A DNA stretch of 64,000 bases from an uncultured delta proteobacterium (GCA_963737905.1 CAVTUQ010000004.1:32001-96000); one strand, 5' to 3'. Numbered from the stretch's first letter, positions 20,756-31,341 are shown. The notes: a model not told the origin generated them from the sequence alone. Numbers and translations: made by a program.

Positions 20756-20770
20756 TTGATTGACAGTGCT

Positions 20771-20815
20771 GCGGACGATTTGAACGACTTGAACGTTTGG
20801 AACGATTTGAACTCT
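20771..20815. repeat. 4-5 x 9-bp TTGAACnnn array
   Basis: GCGGACGAT TTGAACGAC TTGAACGTT TGGAACGAT TTGAACTCT. Confidence 0.85.
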
Positions 20816-20822
20816 TCCGTTT

Positions 20823-21677
20823 CTAGTGGCGACCTAGGAAATCCAAAATCGGCGGATGGCCCTTCTCCGGCATTTCACGCAGATAGCCATGCGCGCCGCC
20901 TTCAACAATCACCAGCTCGGCGTTAGGGATTTTTTCAGCGAGGACTTTGGCGGATTCAACGTGACTACCCGTTCCGCCTTCGTGGGTGTCTCCGCTGCCG
21001 ACGATGACCAATGTCGGCGCTTTGATCTTATGTATGAGGTCTGAAGTCTCATGGCACTGCCGGGCAACAACGTGGCGCAGATAGCACTTCAGCGGCGGCA
21101 CTTCGTCGACAATGAGATCCTGAAATTCTTTTACGACCTCCGGATGTTCTTTTACAAACTGATCCGTAAACATGAAGCCGGGTCCCCAGTGGTCGTGCTG
21201 GTATTTCTCATAGCCCTTCTCAATCATTTCAAGGGCAGCGTCCAGAGGCACACCGCGCGGGTAGTCTTCAAGCTTATCACTGTATTTTCCCGAGCCAGGG
21301 CCGGACAGAACCAAACTACGAACTTTCTCGGGATAATCCAGAGCGACCCATTGGAGCACCCTCGCCCCCATGGAGTGGCCCATCATATGGGCCTTCTTGA
21401 TGCCGAGAGCATCCATCAAACCTACACAGTCTTTGGCGAAAAGCCGGGTTGTATAGTGCATGTCGGGCTTGTCACTCCGGCCTAATCCGCGATGGTCGTA
21501 AATAAGAACCTGATAGTGCTTGGAGAACTCCGGCACCTGAAAGACCCGCCAAGGGGCAAGGCTGATCCCTGTGCCGGCGACTAAAACCAGAGGGTCTCCG
21601 TGCCCGTAGAGTTCATAGTACAGGTTCACGTCATCGACTTTGACTTTGCCAGTTTTAACCGGTCTAGGTGTCTCCAT
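20823..21677 (-). CDS. Alpha/beta hydrolase
   Basis: DHRGLGRS, GHSMGA, PTLVIVG, GGAH. Confidence 0.9.
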   Translation of the reverse strand: METPRPVKTGKVKVDDVNLYYELYGHGDPLVLVAGTGISLAPWRVFQVPEFSKHYQVLIYDHRGLGRSDKPDMHYTTRLFAKDCVGLMDALGIKKAHMMGHSMGARVLQWVALDYPEKVRSLVLSGPGSGKYSDKLEDYPRGVPLDAALEMIEKGYEKYQHDHWGPGFMFTDQFVKEHPEVVKEFQDLIVDEVPPLKCYLRHVVARQCHETSDLIHKIKAPTLVIVGSGDTHEGGTGSHVESAKVLAEKIPNAELVIVEGGAHGYLREMPEKGHPPILDFLGRH

Positions 21678-21793
21678 GAATACTCCCAAATTGCAGCTGG
21701 CAGAGCTGATCAGTCACTGCCATGACAACGAATATGAAGCACGACGCTATCGAATCCAAAAATTACTGTCAACGCTGTGATCGGTTGACACCC

Positions 21794-23383
21794 TCAGTCA
21801 ACCTTTCCCGGCCCGTAGATGACTTTACCGGGCCGCGCTCCGGTGTGATAGCCGTTATCAATGACCACAGTGCCGTTGACGAGCACGTAATCGATTCCTT
21901 TAGGATATTGTTTCGGATCGTCATAGGTCGCCGTGTCCGCCACGGTATCGGGATCGAACATCACAATGTCAGCCCAATGGCCTTCCTTGAGTAGACCTCG
22001 ATCTTTGAGGCCGAGAACCTGAGCTGGCAACGACGTCATCTTGCGGATCGCGTCTTCCAACTGAAGGACCTTTTCTTCTCGCGTGTATTTACCGAGCACC
22101 CGTGGATTGGTCCCGAAACTTCGCGGATGGGGCTTGCCTGGATATTTTTGGTTCAAGGCGCTGCCGTCTGAGCCGATTGAGATCCACGGCACTCGCATGA
22201 CGCTTTTGACATCATCCTCGGACATCGTGTGGTGCACTCCATGAATGAACATCCCCTCTTCATAAATCAGATCGAAGCAAGCGCTAACTGGATCTTGTCC
22301 GCGGATCTTGGCGATCTCGGCGATAGTCTTACCCTCCAAGGGTTTCAGGCTTTCCGTGTCCACCCGTGCCGCCACGATCCCTTCCCAACCGCCATGCTCG
22401 TTCACGTATTGGTCGAACTCCGGATCCTTCATAACTCTTTCGCGGAACGTGGGGCTCTTGAATTGAGAAATCGTCTCATTCAACGGCGCATCTTGAACCC
22501 AACGCGGAAACAATCGCCGCCACGGATGCTGCATCGCCGTATAGGGGTACTGATTTGCGGTGATTTCCAGACCTTCGCGCCGAGCCTCTTCGATTTGCTC
22601 GATGACCTGGCGGACGCGCCCCCAGTTACTTTTGGCGCGCATCTTCAGGTGATAAACGTGAATGGGAATGCCGGACTTGCGGGCGATATGCAGTGTTTTC
22701 GCCAGCTCCTCCATGATATCGAAGCCCTCGCTCCCCAGGTGGACGCCATAATAGCCCCCGTAGCGGCGGACAACCTTGGCCATCTCCACAACCTCGTCTG
22801 GATACTCCGGTCCCTTGGCGTGCCACGCCGCGGTGAGGCCCAGTGCACCCTCTTCCATCGCCTCGGCGACGAGGCGGTTCATCTTTTCCTGTTCCGCAGC
22901 GTTCGCCGGCCGCTCGTCGAATCCCATCACAACGCGCTTCACCTGTTGCGGCGAGACGCCTGAGGCGACGTTGATGGATATCCCGCCTCTCAACACTGTA
23001 CGGAAGTACCCTGTAAACGAGTTCCAATCCGTCTCTATTCCGTTGCGACGGCGGTGCTCAAGCTTATACTCCTCCAGCACCGCGCCTTCTAAAGGTGCCA
23101 CCGTCTGGCTCTCGCCGATGACGTCCAGGGTTACACCCTGGCGGACCTTACTCTCAGCGTTGCCGTCGGCAATCAGCGGCTGATCGCTGTGCGTGTGCAT
23201 GTCGATGTAGCCGGGCGTGACCACCCGCCCTTTGGCGGAAATTGCCCGCTGGCCGGAGTCAGGATCAATCTTACCGATGCCGGCAATCTTGCCGTCCTTT
23301 ATTGCCACGTCGCCATAGAACCACGGATTCCCCGTGCCATCGATCAGCCTGCCGCCATGAATTACGATATCGAATTCAGCCAT
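21794..23383 (-). CDS. N-acyl-D-amino-acid deacylase (D-aminoacylase family)
   Basis: IDGTGNP, PGYIDMHTHSD, GSDG, HPRSFGT, TGARPG. Confidence 0.9.
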   Translation of the reverse strand: MAEFDIVIHGGRLIDGTGNPWFYGDVAIKDGKIAGIGKIDPDSGQRAISAKGRVVTPGYIDMHTHSDQPLIADGNAESKVRQGVTLDVIGESQTVAPLEGAVLEEYKLEHRRRNGIETDWNSFTGYFRTVLRGGISINVASGVSPQQVKRVVMGFDERPANAAEQEKMNRLVAEAMEEGALGLTAAWHAKGPEYPDEVVEMAKVVRRYGGYYGVHLGSEGFDIMEELAKTLHIARKSGIPIHVYHLKMRAKSNWGRVRQVIEQIEEARREGLEITANQYPYTAMQHPWRRLFPRWVQDAPLNETISQFKSPTFRERVMKDPEFDQYVNEHGGWEGIVAARVDTESLKPLEGKTIAEIAKIRGQDPVSACFDLIYEEGMFIHGVHHTMSEDDVKSVMRVPWISIGSDGSALNQKYPGKPHPRSFGTNPRVLGKYTREEKVLQLEDAIRKMTSLPAQVLGLKDRGLLKEGHWADIVMFDPDTVADTATYDDPKQYPKGIDYVLVNGTVVIDNGYHTGARPGKVIYGPGKVD

Positions 23384-23523
23384 TACGCCTCCCGTCGGTT
23401 GGCTTTCTCAAGCCCCTATATCACTGGCGATAAGACGACTACAACCGTTCCGATTCAATAATTGGACCGGCAATAACACGACAGAAGCTTTAAGAATGTG
23501 ATAAACAAGTCTGAGGTGAAGCC

Positions 23524-24075
23524 ATGATTCGACCCGAGTTCAGAAAGCTCCTCATGGACCAGCGCGGAGCGGCGGTCATTCTCTGGAGCTTTTTCATGAT
23601 GTCCATCGTCATTTACATCGTGATCACCCACAACGTGCTGGCCAATCCGAAGTACGCCCAGGGTCTGTCCTTCGCGGAAACGGCGAGGATAGTGCTGTGG
23701 ATTCTCGTAGTGATCGATCTCGGCTACTACATTTTCTGGAAAAGGCGCTATCTCACGCCACAGGCGATCCTCCACAATGCTCAAAAGACGAAACTTTTTC
23801 GAGCGTTGCAAGAACACAAGGGTTCCGTCGAAGAGCGCGCCGCATCAGTGGTATCCACCTTTGTGACGCGGAAGGTTGTTCTCTTCGCCATCATTGAAGC
23901 CATCGCGGTTTACGGCTTAGTTTTGGCTATCGTCGGCCGCTATCTCTCGGATCAGTATATGCTTTCAGCGTTGAGTCTGGCCCTACTGGCTCTTGAGTTT
24001 CCAAGGGAACGTTTCCTCGCAAGCCTCGTGCAGGAAATTGAAGCGCCTCCCAAAACTCTTGGAGCGGAAGCATAG
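23524..24075 (+). CDS. Hypothetical membrane protein
   Basis: About 4 hydrophobic segments; GAGG RBS. Confidence 0.65.
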   Translation: MIRPEFRKLLMDQRGAAVILWSFFMMSIVIYIVITHNVLANPKYAQGLSFAETARIVLWILVVIDLGYYIFWKRRYLTPQAILHNAQKTKLFRALQEHKGSVEERAASVVSTFVTRKVVLFAIIEAIAVYGLVLAIVGRYLSDQYMLSALSLALLALEFPRERFLASLVQEIEAPPKTLGAEA

Positions 24076-24092
24076 ACAGCGATAAAGCCGGA

Positions 24093-24779
24093 TTAATTTT
24101 CGACCTGCCACCGTCCGCGTTTCGTAGGATGACGTAAGGCCGAGTGCAGTCGCTTGAGAAACATTCGACGCGATAGCTCTTTGGCGCCGAGGTTCAACAT
24201 GTGTTCCGTGGTCATTTGTGAATCGATAAAGTGAAACCCCCAATTCTTCAGCTTCTCCACCAGAGTCGCGAGAGCCACTTTCGAAGCATCGCTTTTCAAA
24301 TGAAACATCGATTCGCCAAAAAAAGCCTTGCCTAATGAAACGCCGTAGAGCCCGCCGGCCAGTTTTTCCCCCAACCAACTCTCGACCGAGTGGGCGTAAC
24401 CCAGACCGTGAAGGTTGATGTAAGCCTCCTGCATCTCTTTCGTGATCCAGGTACCGTTCTGCGTTTCGCGGGGCACCACTGCGCAGGCCTGGATGACCTC
24501 TTCGAAAGCATGATCGAACGTGACCTGAAAAACCCCTTTTTTAAGGGTCTTACCTAAACTTCGAGAAATCTTGAAGTCTTCAAGATCGAGAATTAAACGA
24601 GGATCCGGCGACCACCAAAGGATGGGTTGGTCGTCCGAATACCAGGGAAATATTCCCACGCGATAGGCCTCCAGCAACCTCTCATGGGACAGGTCCCCGC
24701 CGACGGCGAGCAATCCGCTCGGATCGGCATAGTCCGGCGGAGGAAAAATCGGCTCGTCTACCAATCGAAATATCGGCAT
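24093..24779 (-). CDS. aat: Leucyl/phenylalanyl-tRNA--protein transferase
   Basis: GLLAVGGDL, GIFPW, WWSPDPR, AHSVE, GESMF, DASKVA. Confidence 0.96.
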   Translation of the reverse strand: MPIFRLVDEPIFPPPDYADPSGLLAVGGDLSHERLLEAYRVGIFPWYSDDQPILWWSPDPRLILDLEDFKISRSLGKTLKKGVFQVTFDHAFEEVIQACAVVPRETQNGTWITKEMQEAYINLHGLGYAHSVESWLGEKLAGGLYGVSLGKAFFGESMFHLKSDASKVALATLVEKLKNWGFHFIDSQMTTEHMLNLGAKELSRRMFLKRLHSALRHPTKRGRWQVEN

Positions 24780-24884
24780 CGAATCATTTTAACCTTCTCC
24801 CTTTCGTTTTTCATTCTCGGTCTAGCGGTTGCAAAACCACCTCTTCCGAGACTATGCTTTTTATGGTTGCAGAAAGGAAATGCT

Positions 24885-25271
24885 ATGTTCAAACGCATCG
24901 ACCATGTGGCCATTCACGTCTCCGACCTAAACCGCTCCGTCGCTTTCTACGAAGAACACTTCGGTTTCAAACAATACTTCCAACACGCGGCGACGGGTGG
25001 ATTGCAGATCGCGTATTTGAAACTCGGCGATACGGTCTTGGAACTGACGCACAAAACCGATGGCGCGATGTTGGGTTTTCACTTTTGCCTGGAAACGGAC
25101 AATTTTGACGCAACGGTATCTAAGCTACAGCAGGATGGGGTACAATTAATCCGTGCACCTCACGACACCGCCGCACGCGAACCGAGAGAGAACGGCTGGC
25201 GTCGGGTCGTTTTCGGAGGCCCGGATGGGGAGCAGATTGAGCTGACGAGGATGAACCACCGTGACTCGTGA
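24885..25271 (+). CDS. VOC/glyoxalase family protein (true stop possibly 25254 if one extra base)
   Basis: IDHVAIHVSDL, LELT, HFCL, GPDGEQIEL. Confidence 0.85.
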   Translation: MFKRIDHVAIHVSDLNRSVAFYEEHFGFKQYFQHAATGGLQIAYLKLGDTVLELTHKTDGAMLGFHFCLETDNFDATVSKLQQDGVQLIRAPHDTAAREPRENGWRRVVFGGPDGEQIELTRMNHRDS

Positions 25272-25312
25272 TCGTTTCTCGTGACCATTCACGAACACGA
25301 ATCACGAACACG
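25260..25312. repeat. 6/7-bp periodic repeat hairpin
   Basis: CGTGACT CGTGAT CGTTTCT CGTGA ... TCACGAA CACGAAT CACGAA CACG. Confidence 0.75.
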
Positions 25313-25330
25313 AAAAGAGGGAAAAACAAT

Positions 25331-25639
25331 ATGTCTGAGAAACCAAATTCCACAATCCAGGTCACGTGTCCTTGCTGCAGCGCCATGTTAACAATCGACC
25401 CGACCCTGCCTGCGGTACTGAGTCACAAGCTGCCGCCAAAGCCACAACTCATCGCCGAGTTAAAAAGCGCCGCCCAGTTTGTCAAGGAAGAAGTCACCCG
25501 CCGCGATGAAAAGTATCAGCAGATCGTTGAAGCAGAAAAGAACAAATCGAAGGTGCTGGAGGCCAAATTTCAAGAGCTGCTCAAGAAGGCCAAAGAAGAG
25601 CCGATCACAAAGCCACTGAAAGACATCGATATAGACTAG
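25331..25639 (+). CDS. Hypothetical protein with CPCC motif and coiled coil
   Basis: AGAGGG RBS; VTCPCCSAMLTID followed by a charged helical region. Confidence 0.7.
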   Translation: MSEKPNSTIQVTCPCCSAMLTIDPTLPAVLSHKLPPKPQLIAELKSAAQFVKEEVTRRDEKYQQIVEAEKNKSKVLEAKFQELLKKAKEEPITKPLKDIDID

Positions 25640-25764
25640 CTGCAACTCGTTCAAGATCCCGCAAGCGGAACCCGATATTCTGAATCGCATCCCAAGGTCG
25701 AGAAACTAGTCGCGCTGCGATGACTTGGCTTCAAAAATAGGGCCGATCAGAATAGATTGCGACC

Positions 25765-26769
25765 ATGCGTGCGTTGCTTTTTGAAAAAGTCAGCCAGCCT
25801 TTGCGGAAGGCAGAGTTGCCCATGCCCCAGCCGGCGCTCGGTCAAGTTTTGATCCGGGTTCGCGCCTGCGCCGTGTGCCGGACTGACCTTCATGTGGTCG
25901 ATGGGGAGTTAACCCAGCCAAAACTTCCGCTGATCCCCGGTCACGAGATTGTCGGCACTGTAGAAGCGAAAGGCGAGGGCGCCGAGCGCTTTGAGATCGG
26001 CGATCGTGTCGGCATTCCATGGCTGGGTTGGACGTGCGGCGAGTGTTCCTATTGTCTGTGGGGACGGGAAAATCTTTGTGATAAGGCGCGATTTACCGGT
26101 TACACTATTGATGGTGGTTATGCGGACTACACGGTTGCGGATCAGCGTTTCTGTTTTCCAATTCCGGATTTTTATGGCGATACGGTGGCTGCGCCTCTCC
26201 TCTGCGCCGGTTTGATCGGATACCGGAGCTTAGTCAAGGCGGGCGATGGGAAACGTCTTGGAATCTACGGCTTCGGCGCGGCGGCGCATATCGTCACCCA
26301 GGTTGCCCGCTATCAGAACCGAGAGGTCTATGCGTTTACCCGGCCGGGCGACAAAGACGCAGCGACATTTGCTCTGGAACTTGGCGCTGTTTGGGCCGGT
26401 GGCTCGAACGAATTGCCTCCTACGAAACTGGATGCGGCGATCATCTTTGCGCCCGTCGGCGCACTTGTCCCGCAGGCTTTGCAGTCGGTCGGCAAAGGGG
26501 GAATCGTCGTTTGCGGTGGCATTCACATGAGCGACATCCCCTCATTTCCTTACGAAATCTTATGGGAAGAACGCTCCCTCTGCTCGGTCGCGAACCTCAC
26601 CCGATCAGATGGTGAAGAATTTCTAGCGCTCGCACCGCGAGTTCCCGTGCACACAAACATTCAAACTTTTCCCTTGGAAGAGGCCAACGAAGCTTTGGCT
26701 CGTCTGCGCTCTGGCAAGATTCAAGGAGCAGCGGTATTAGTAACGGAAGCTACAAGAGCCAGCGGCTGA
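25765..26769 (+). CDS. Zinc-dependent alcohol dehydrogenase family protein
   Basis: CRTDLH, GHE, CGECSYC...C, GIYGFGAAA. Confidence 0.93.
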   Translation: MRALLFEKVSQPLRKAELPMPQPALGQVLIRVRACAVCRTDLHVVDGELTQPKLPLIPGHEIVGTVEAKGEGAERFEIGDRVGIPWLGWTCGECSYCLWGRENLCDKARFTGYTIDGGYADYTVADQRFCFPIPDFYGDTVAAPLLCAGLIGYRSLVKAGDGKRLGIYGFGAAAHIVTQVARYQNREVYAFTRPGDKDAATFALELGAVWAGGSNELPPTKLDAAIIFAPVGALVPQALQSVGKGGIVVCGGIHMSDIPSFPYEILWEERSLCSVANLTRSDGEEFLALAPRVPVHTNIQTFPLEEANEALARLRSGKIQGAAVLVTEATRASG

Positions 26770-26802
26770 ATTGTCTCATTCCCAGGGTCTAGAAAGCACT
26801 CT

Positions 26803-27804
26803 TCACTTCTCATAAAGCTTCTTGATAAATCCGGTCTTATCGAGTTCTTCGACGAAGCTCGCGTCGATAAATTCTTCCGGCTTGTGCTTGTAAACATCGG
26901 GCCGGGTTAGAGCGACGTACTCGTAACTCGTCTTCATTCCCTTTATGTTCGGATACGGAGCCGCGAGGCGGTGTTTGGCGAACAGCTCCCAGGACTCTTG
27001 GGCTAAGGAGTCGTCATCTAAGCGAAGCGTTTTCTTTATGACTTTTTTGGCGAGCTCTGGATCTTTTTTGAACAGGGCGATGCCCTCGAGGTGAGCTCGC
27101 ATGTATCTCGTCACCAGATCGCGATCCCGCTGAATCTGGGAGCGCGTTGTTGCAATCTCGCTCCAAGGGTAATCGACGTCTTTAAAGAAGTCCCAAAGTT
27201 GAACAAAGCCGGCACGTTGCGCCAGAATAAATTGCGGATGTCCAAGGGTTGCCGCTGGAATCTTACCCTGTCTCAGAGCAATCAGGCGATCCGAGTCGCT
27301 ACCGATTTGCAGCAGAGCGAAATCTTTATCCGGATTCAGGCCTTTTCTCTTGGCGAGATAGCGAACCAAAAAATCGGTGAGGGAGCCGAAGGTCGTCACC
27401 CCGATGGTTTTACCTTTGAGATCTTCGTCTCGCTTTATGTCCGATCGCACGACCAGCGATTGCACGACGCCGGGCATCGTGTGCGCCAGAATGACCATGT
27501 CGGAGCCTGCAAGTACGGCGTTCATAACCGTCGGAGTGGCGACGGGTGCAATGGCAACGCTGCCCGCGACCAGAGCTCTGGAAACAATCCCAGAGCCTTG
27601 CATAACTACGGCATCGGCATCGAGTCCATACTTTTCAAAGAGCTTTGCCTCTTTGGCAACGTAGATAATGATATTCCCCATGCTAACTGCCGGCACGCCA
27701 ACGTGCACTTTTTTAAGGTTGCCGCTCTGACAAAATACTATCGAGGGTAGGACTAGGAGATTAACAATAACCAGCGAAGTTAGAGAAAAACGCAGACCCA
27801 TCAT
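26803..27804 (-). CDS. ABC solute-binding protein (NMT1/SsuA-like)
   Basis: Signal peptide; LFEKYGLD, DLKGKTIGVTTFGS. Confidence 0.85.
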   Translation of the reverse strand: MMGLRFSLTSLVIVNLLVLPSIVFCQSGNLKKVHVGVPAVSMGNIIIYVAKEAKLFEKYGLDADAVVMQGSGIVSRALVAGSVAIAPVATPTVMNAVLAGSDMVILAHTMPGVVQSLVVRSDIKRDEDLKGKTIGVTTFGSLTDFLVRYLAKRKGLNPDKDFALLQIGSDSDRLIALRQGKIPAATLGHPQFILAQRAGFVQLWDFFKDVDYPWSEIATTRSQIQRDRDLVTRYMRAHLEGIALFKKDPELAKKVIKKTLRLDDDSLAQESWELFAKHRLAAPYPNIKGMKTSYEYVALTRPDVYKHKPEEFIDASFVEELDKTGFIKKLYEK

Positions 27805-27928
27805 AATTGAATCCTCCTATAGCGCACCGTCCCTTTTCTGGCATATAGTCCGTACATCCAAACAATGTCAATCTATCACATTGACCACATTGACAATCTC
27901 TAGCGATTTGAATAAGTCAAAAACTATT

Positions 27929-28948
27929 ATGCTGCCCAAAGTACCACGTGAAATACTGCTGGATCTGTGCCGGAGGATGTTCGTCATCCGCCACTTTGAA
28001 GAAAATTTAGTTCCGCTTCATGACAAGGGTGTGTTCGGCGGGCACTACCATCTTTATGTCGGACAGGAAGGAACCGGCGTACCCGCAATTTCATGCCTCC
28101 GCTCGGACGACTATCTCTTCACCACGCACAGAAACCATGGCCACTTACTCGCCCGCGGCGTCGAGCCAAAAAAACTTTTTGCCGAGATCCTCGGCCGCGT
28201 CGACGGTCTCAATAAAGGAAAAGGCGGTTCGTTCCATTCGGTTGCGCCGTCGTTGGGTTTCCTCCATAGCTCGGGCGTGGTCGCCGGGATCATTCCGCTG
28301 TCGACCGGCACGGCCTACGCAGCGAAAGCACAGAAAAACGGCCGGATCACGGTTTGCCTGTTCGGCGACGGTTCGCTGGAAGAAGGCGCGGCGCCGGAAG
28401 CGTTCAACCTCGCGTCGCTTTACAAACTGCCGGTGATGTTTCTTTGCGAGAATAACGGCAAGTATGGTGCCGGCCAGGCCGTTGCAGCGGCGCAATCCTC
28501 CTCCATGGCGGCCTATCCGCTAACGGATTTACCGAAAGCATACAAAGTTCCCGCCCAGCAGATCGATGGGATAGACGCGGGCCAGGTTCATGCGGCGGTT
28601 TCCGAAGCCGTAAAGAAAATCCGCGGTGGCGAAGGTCCGCAATTCATCGAAGCGCAAACCGTCCGCTATCCCGGCAGTGAAACCAACTGGCCCACCGTGC
28701 CGCAACCGACGGACACTTCACTCGCTTGGGACGTTAGCAGCGTTCCGGAAAAGGCACGCGAGTGGTATCGCAGCTGCGACCCGTTGCTGATCTTCATTCG
28801 CGAGCTCGTCGATGCCAAACAAGCATCACGAGAAGAAATCACCAACATCGAAAGGAAAGTGAAAGCCGAGATCGCCGCCGCAGTCGAGTTCGCGATGAGC
28901 AGTCCTTATCCGAAACCGGAAGAGGCCGAAATAGATTTTTTTGCTTAA
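27929..28948 (+). CDS. TPP-dependent dehydrogenase E1 alpha subunit
   Basis: HLYVGQE, HRNHGH, GKGGSFH, GDGS...ENN TPP motif. Confidence 0.9.
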   Translation: MLPKVPREILLDLCRRMFVIRHFEENLVPLHDKGVFGGHYHLYVGQEGTGVPAISCLRSDDYLFTTHRNHGHLLARGVEPKKLFAEILGRVDGLNKGKGGSFHSVAPSLGFLHSSGVVAGIIPLSTGTAYAAKAQKNGRITVCLFGDGSLEEGAAPEAFNLASLYKLPVMFLCENNGKYGAGQAVAAAQSSSMAAYPLTDLPKAYKVPAQQIDGIDAGQVHAAVSEAVKKIRGGEGPQFIEAQTVRYPGSETNWPTVPQPTDTSLAWDVSSVPEKAREWYRSCDPLLIFIRELVDAKQASREEITNIERKVKAEIAAAVEFAMSSPYPKPEEAEIDFFA

Positions 28949-28957
28949 GAGCTGACT

Positions 28958-29929
28958 ATGCGAGAACTTGCCTACTACGAAGCCAAATTCGAAGCGCTGG
29001 AAGAAATCATGGCCGCCGATGAGAGAGTCCATCTGATCAACGGCACCTTCTTAAGTTTGAGCCCGCACCGCCACGTCTACCAGAACCTGCGCAATAAATA
29101 TGCCGAGCGGATGATCTCGCCACCGATCTCTGAGCTGGGCTTTTGCGGTCTCGCCACCGGCGCGGCGATGGCGGGACTCCGGCCGATCGTCGATCTGAGC
29201 ACCGGTAGCTTTATTTATGAAGCCTGGCCGCAAGTCGCCAACGAAGCGGCGAACGCTTTTTCCATGTCCGGCGGACAAACCCGTGTGCCGGTGGTGTTTC
29301 ATCTCTTTCACGGCCTGCGCGGCGGCGGCGCGGCGCAACACTCCGGCAGCCCGCAAGCCATGCTTTGGAACTGCCCGGGGCTGGAGATCGCGATTCCTTC
29401 CTCGCCGCTCGATGTGAAAGGGCTCCTGAAAACCGCCGTTGCCAGCGACAATCCGACCATTTTCGTCGACCACACCAGGCTCTTGGACATTCGTGGTGAA
29501 TTGCCGGACCACGATAAACCAATTCCCTTCGGCGTTGCCGACGTGAAACGCAAAGGCAGCGACGTGACGGTGATCGCTACCTCATATATGGTCCAGCGCT
29601 GCTTGCAGCTCGCCGAGAAGCTCGCAAGCGACAAAATCAGCGTGGAAGTTGTCGACCCGCGAACGCTGGTGCCCTTCGACATGGCAACCCTGATGACGTC
29701 GGTAGAGAAGACCGGCCGCGTCGTCATTGTCGATGAAACTCATCAGAGTTGTGGCGTTGCCGCAGAGATCGCCGCGCGTATTGTCGAGACCGGCTTTGAC
29801 AAGCTCAAGGCTCCGCTCCGGCGCGTCGCCACTCTCGACGTGCCGGTTCCCTACAGCCCGCCGCTGGAAGATTACATCGGCCCGCGCGAAGATCGCATCA
29901 TACAGGCGATCCGCGCGGTGCTCCGTTAG
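28958..29929 (+). CDS. TPP-dependent dehydrogenase E1 beta subunit
   Basis: PISELGF, GLRPIV, EVVDPRTLVP, KTGRVVIVDE. Confidence 0.9.
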   Translation: MRELAYYEAKFEALEEIMAADERVHLINGTFLSLSPHRHVYQNLRNKYAERMISPPISELGFCGLATGAAMAGLRPIVDLSTGSFIYEAWPQVANEAANAFSMSGGQTRVPVVFHLFHGLRGGGAAQHSGSPQAMLWNCPGLEIAIPSSPLDVKGLLKTAVASDNPTIFVDHTRLLDIRGELPDHDKPIPFGVADVKRKGSDVTVIATSYMVQRCLQLAEKLASDKISVEVVDPRTLVPFDMATLMTSVEKTGRVVIVDETHQSCGVAAEIAARIVETGFDKLKAPLRRVATLDVPVPYSPPLEDYIGPREDRIIQAIRAVLR

Positions 29930-30100
29930 CAGGCTGCTGAAAAGACTCATATGCTTCGTTGCGCTCAATCGCCTCGCTACAGATGGCTTATGGCATATGG
30001 CTTATAGCGCATGGCTCGTATGGTCAAACTATATGCCATATGCTATCAGCCATACGCGAAGCACAGGGCCTTGAGCAGCCTGCAAACCGAAGTTTTTAGT
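29927..30100. repeat. REP/MITE-like palindromic element containing a 7-bp periodic hairpin
   Basis: GCAGGCTGCT...AGCAGCCTGC outer IR; inner ATGGCTT ATGGCAT ATGGCTT ATAGC...GCCATAT GCTATCA GCCATAC. Confidence 0.7.
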
Positions 30101-30216
30101 AATGTGTTTCCTGGTGCGTTCACCCTGAGACTGTGGAAGGGTGAACGGAGTGACAGACGCGAATCGACTCTTACAATCCGTTAGTCGCGCAACATTCCTT
30201 TTCCCTTCGATAGGCC

Positions 30217-31186
30217 ATGGCAACTAAGAGAGAGAATCCAACTGAGCTCGTCCCTCTCCTCCGCGCGATGTGGCTCATTCGCGCATTCGAAGAAAAAGTC
30301 TCTGCTCTCTACGCCATGCATGAGATCTTGGGTTTGCTCCACTTGGGTATCGGCCAAGAGGCCGTCGCCGTAGGAACCTGCAGCCTACTTCGAGCCGACG
30401 ACTATGTCTTCGGCGGCCATCGCTCCCACGGCCACGCTATCGCCAAGGGGGCCGATATTAAGCCGGCTCATGGCGGAAATCGCGGGGCGGGCGAGCGGCT
30501 ACTGTGGCGGCAAGGGTGGCTCGATGCATATCGTCGCGCTCGACGCGGGCTTTGTCACGGCGACGGGCGTGGTGGGGGGCACTATCCCCCTTGCCCTAGG
30601 CGCGGCTTTCGTTGCCAAGGAAAATGGCAAAGGGCAAGTCGCCGTTGTCTTTTTCGGCGACGGGGCGGGCCAGGCCGGCGCGTTTCACGAATCGCTCAAC
30701 ATCGCGAGCCTTTGGCGGCTACCCGTTATCTTCGTTTGCGAGAACAACGGTTACGCCGAGTTCACCCCGCTCTCCTCCCACACCCTTGTCGAGCGTCTGG
30801 CACGGCACGCCCAAACGTACAAAATTCCCAGCAGCACAGTAGACGGCAACGATCTCCTGGAGGTGCGCGGCGCCATGGCCAAAGCTGTGCAACACGCGCG
30901 CACAGGTAAGGGCCCGGCATTCGTCGAATGCCTGACTCATCGTTTAAGAGGCCATTACGAAGGCGATCCGGCGAAGTACCGCGAGCTGTCGGAGCTGGCT
31001 GAATGGAAGGAAAAGGATCCCATCGCCCGCTTCACCCGTGCGCTCAAACGTAGAAAAGTCGTATCCGACAAAGACATCGCGGCCATCGAGATCGATGCAC
31101 GCGGTATAGTTGACCGGGCCGCCCAGTTTGCGCTGGCCTCCCCGTGGCCGGCGCCGGAAGAAGTCGCGAGCCAAGTGACGGCGTAA
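30217..31186 (+). CDS. Second TPP-dependent E1 alpha subunit (acetoin/pyruvate DH-like), frameshifted near 30460
   Basis: Frame 1: HLGIGQE, HRSHGH; frame 2: GKGGSMH, GDGA...ENN, RLRGHYEGDP. Confidence 0.85.
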
Positions 31187-31255
31187 ACGGCATCATTCCC
31201 ATAGTGAGCAACAAAACATGCTGGATGACCTTGAAAATAGTCTGACTGTTTACGC

Positions 31256-31322
31256 TGTCACCCTGAGCGGTAGCGAAGGGGCTCATTCGAAAAGATTCTT
31301 CGCTTTCGGCTCATCTATGACA
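31256..31322. repeat. REP-like palindrome
   Basis: TGTCA-CCC-TGAGC-GGT-AGCGAAG...CTTCGCT-TTCG-GCTCA-TCTA-TGACA. Confidence 0.65.
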
Positions 31323-31341
31323 CTTGCTGGTACTGATAGTT

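Noticed and set aside
30217-31186. Programmed ribosomal frameshifting in split genes
   Set aside because: No slippery heptamer seen at this junction; the many scattered indels fit sequencing error better
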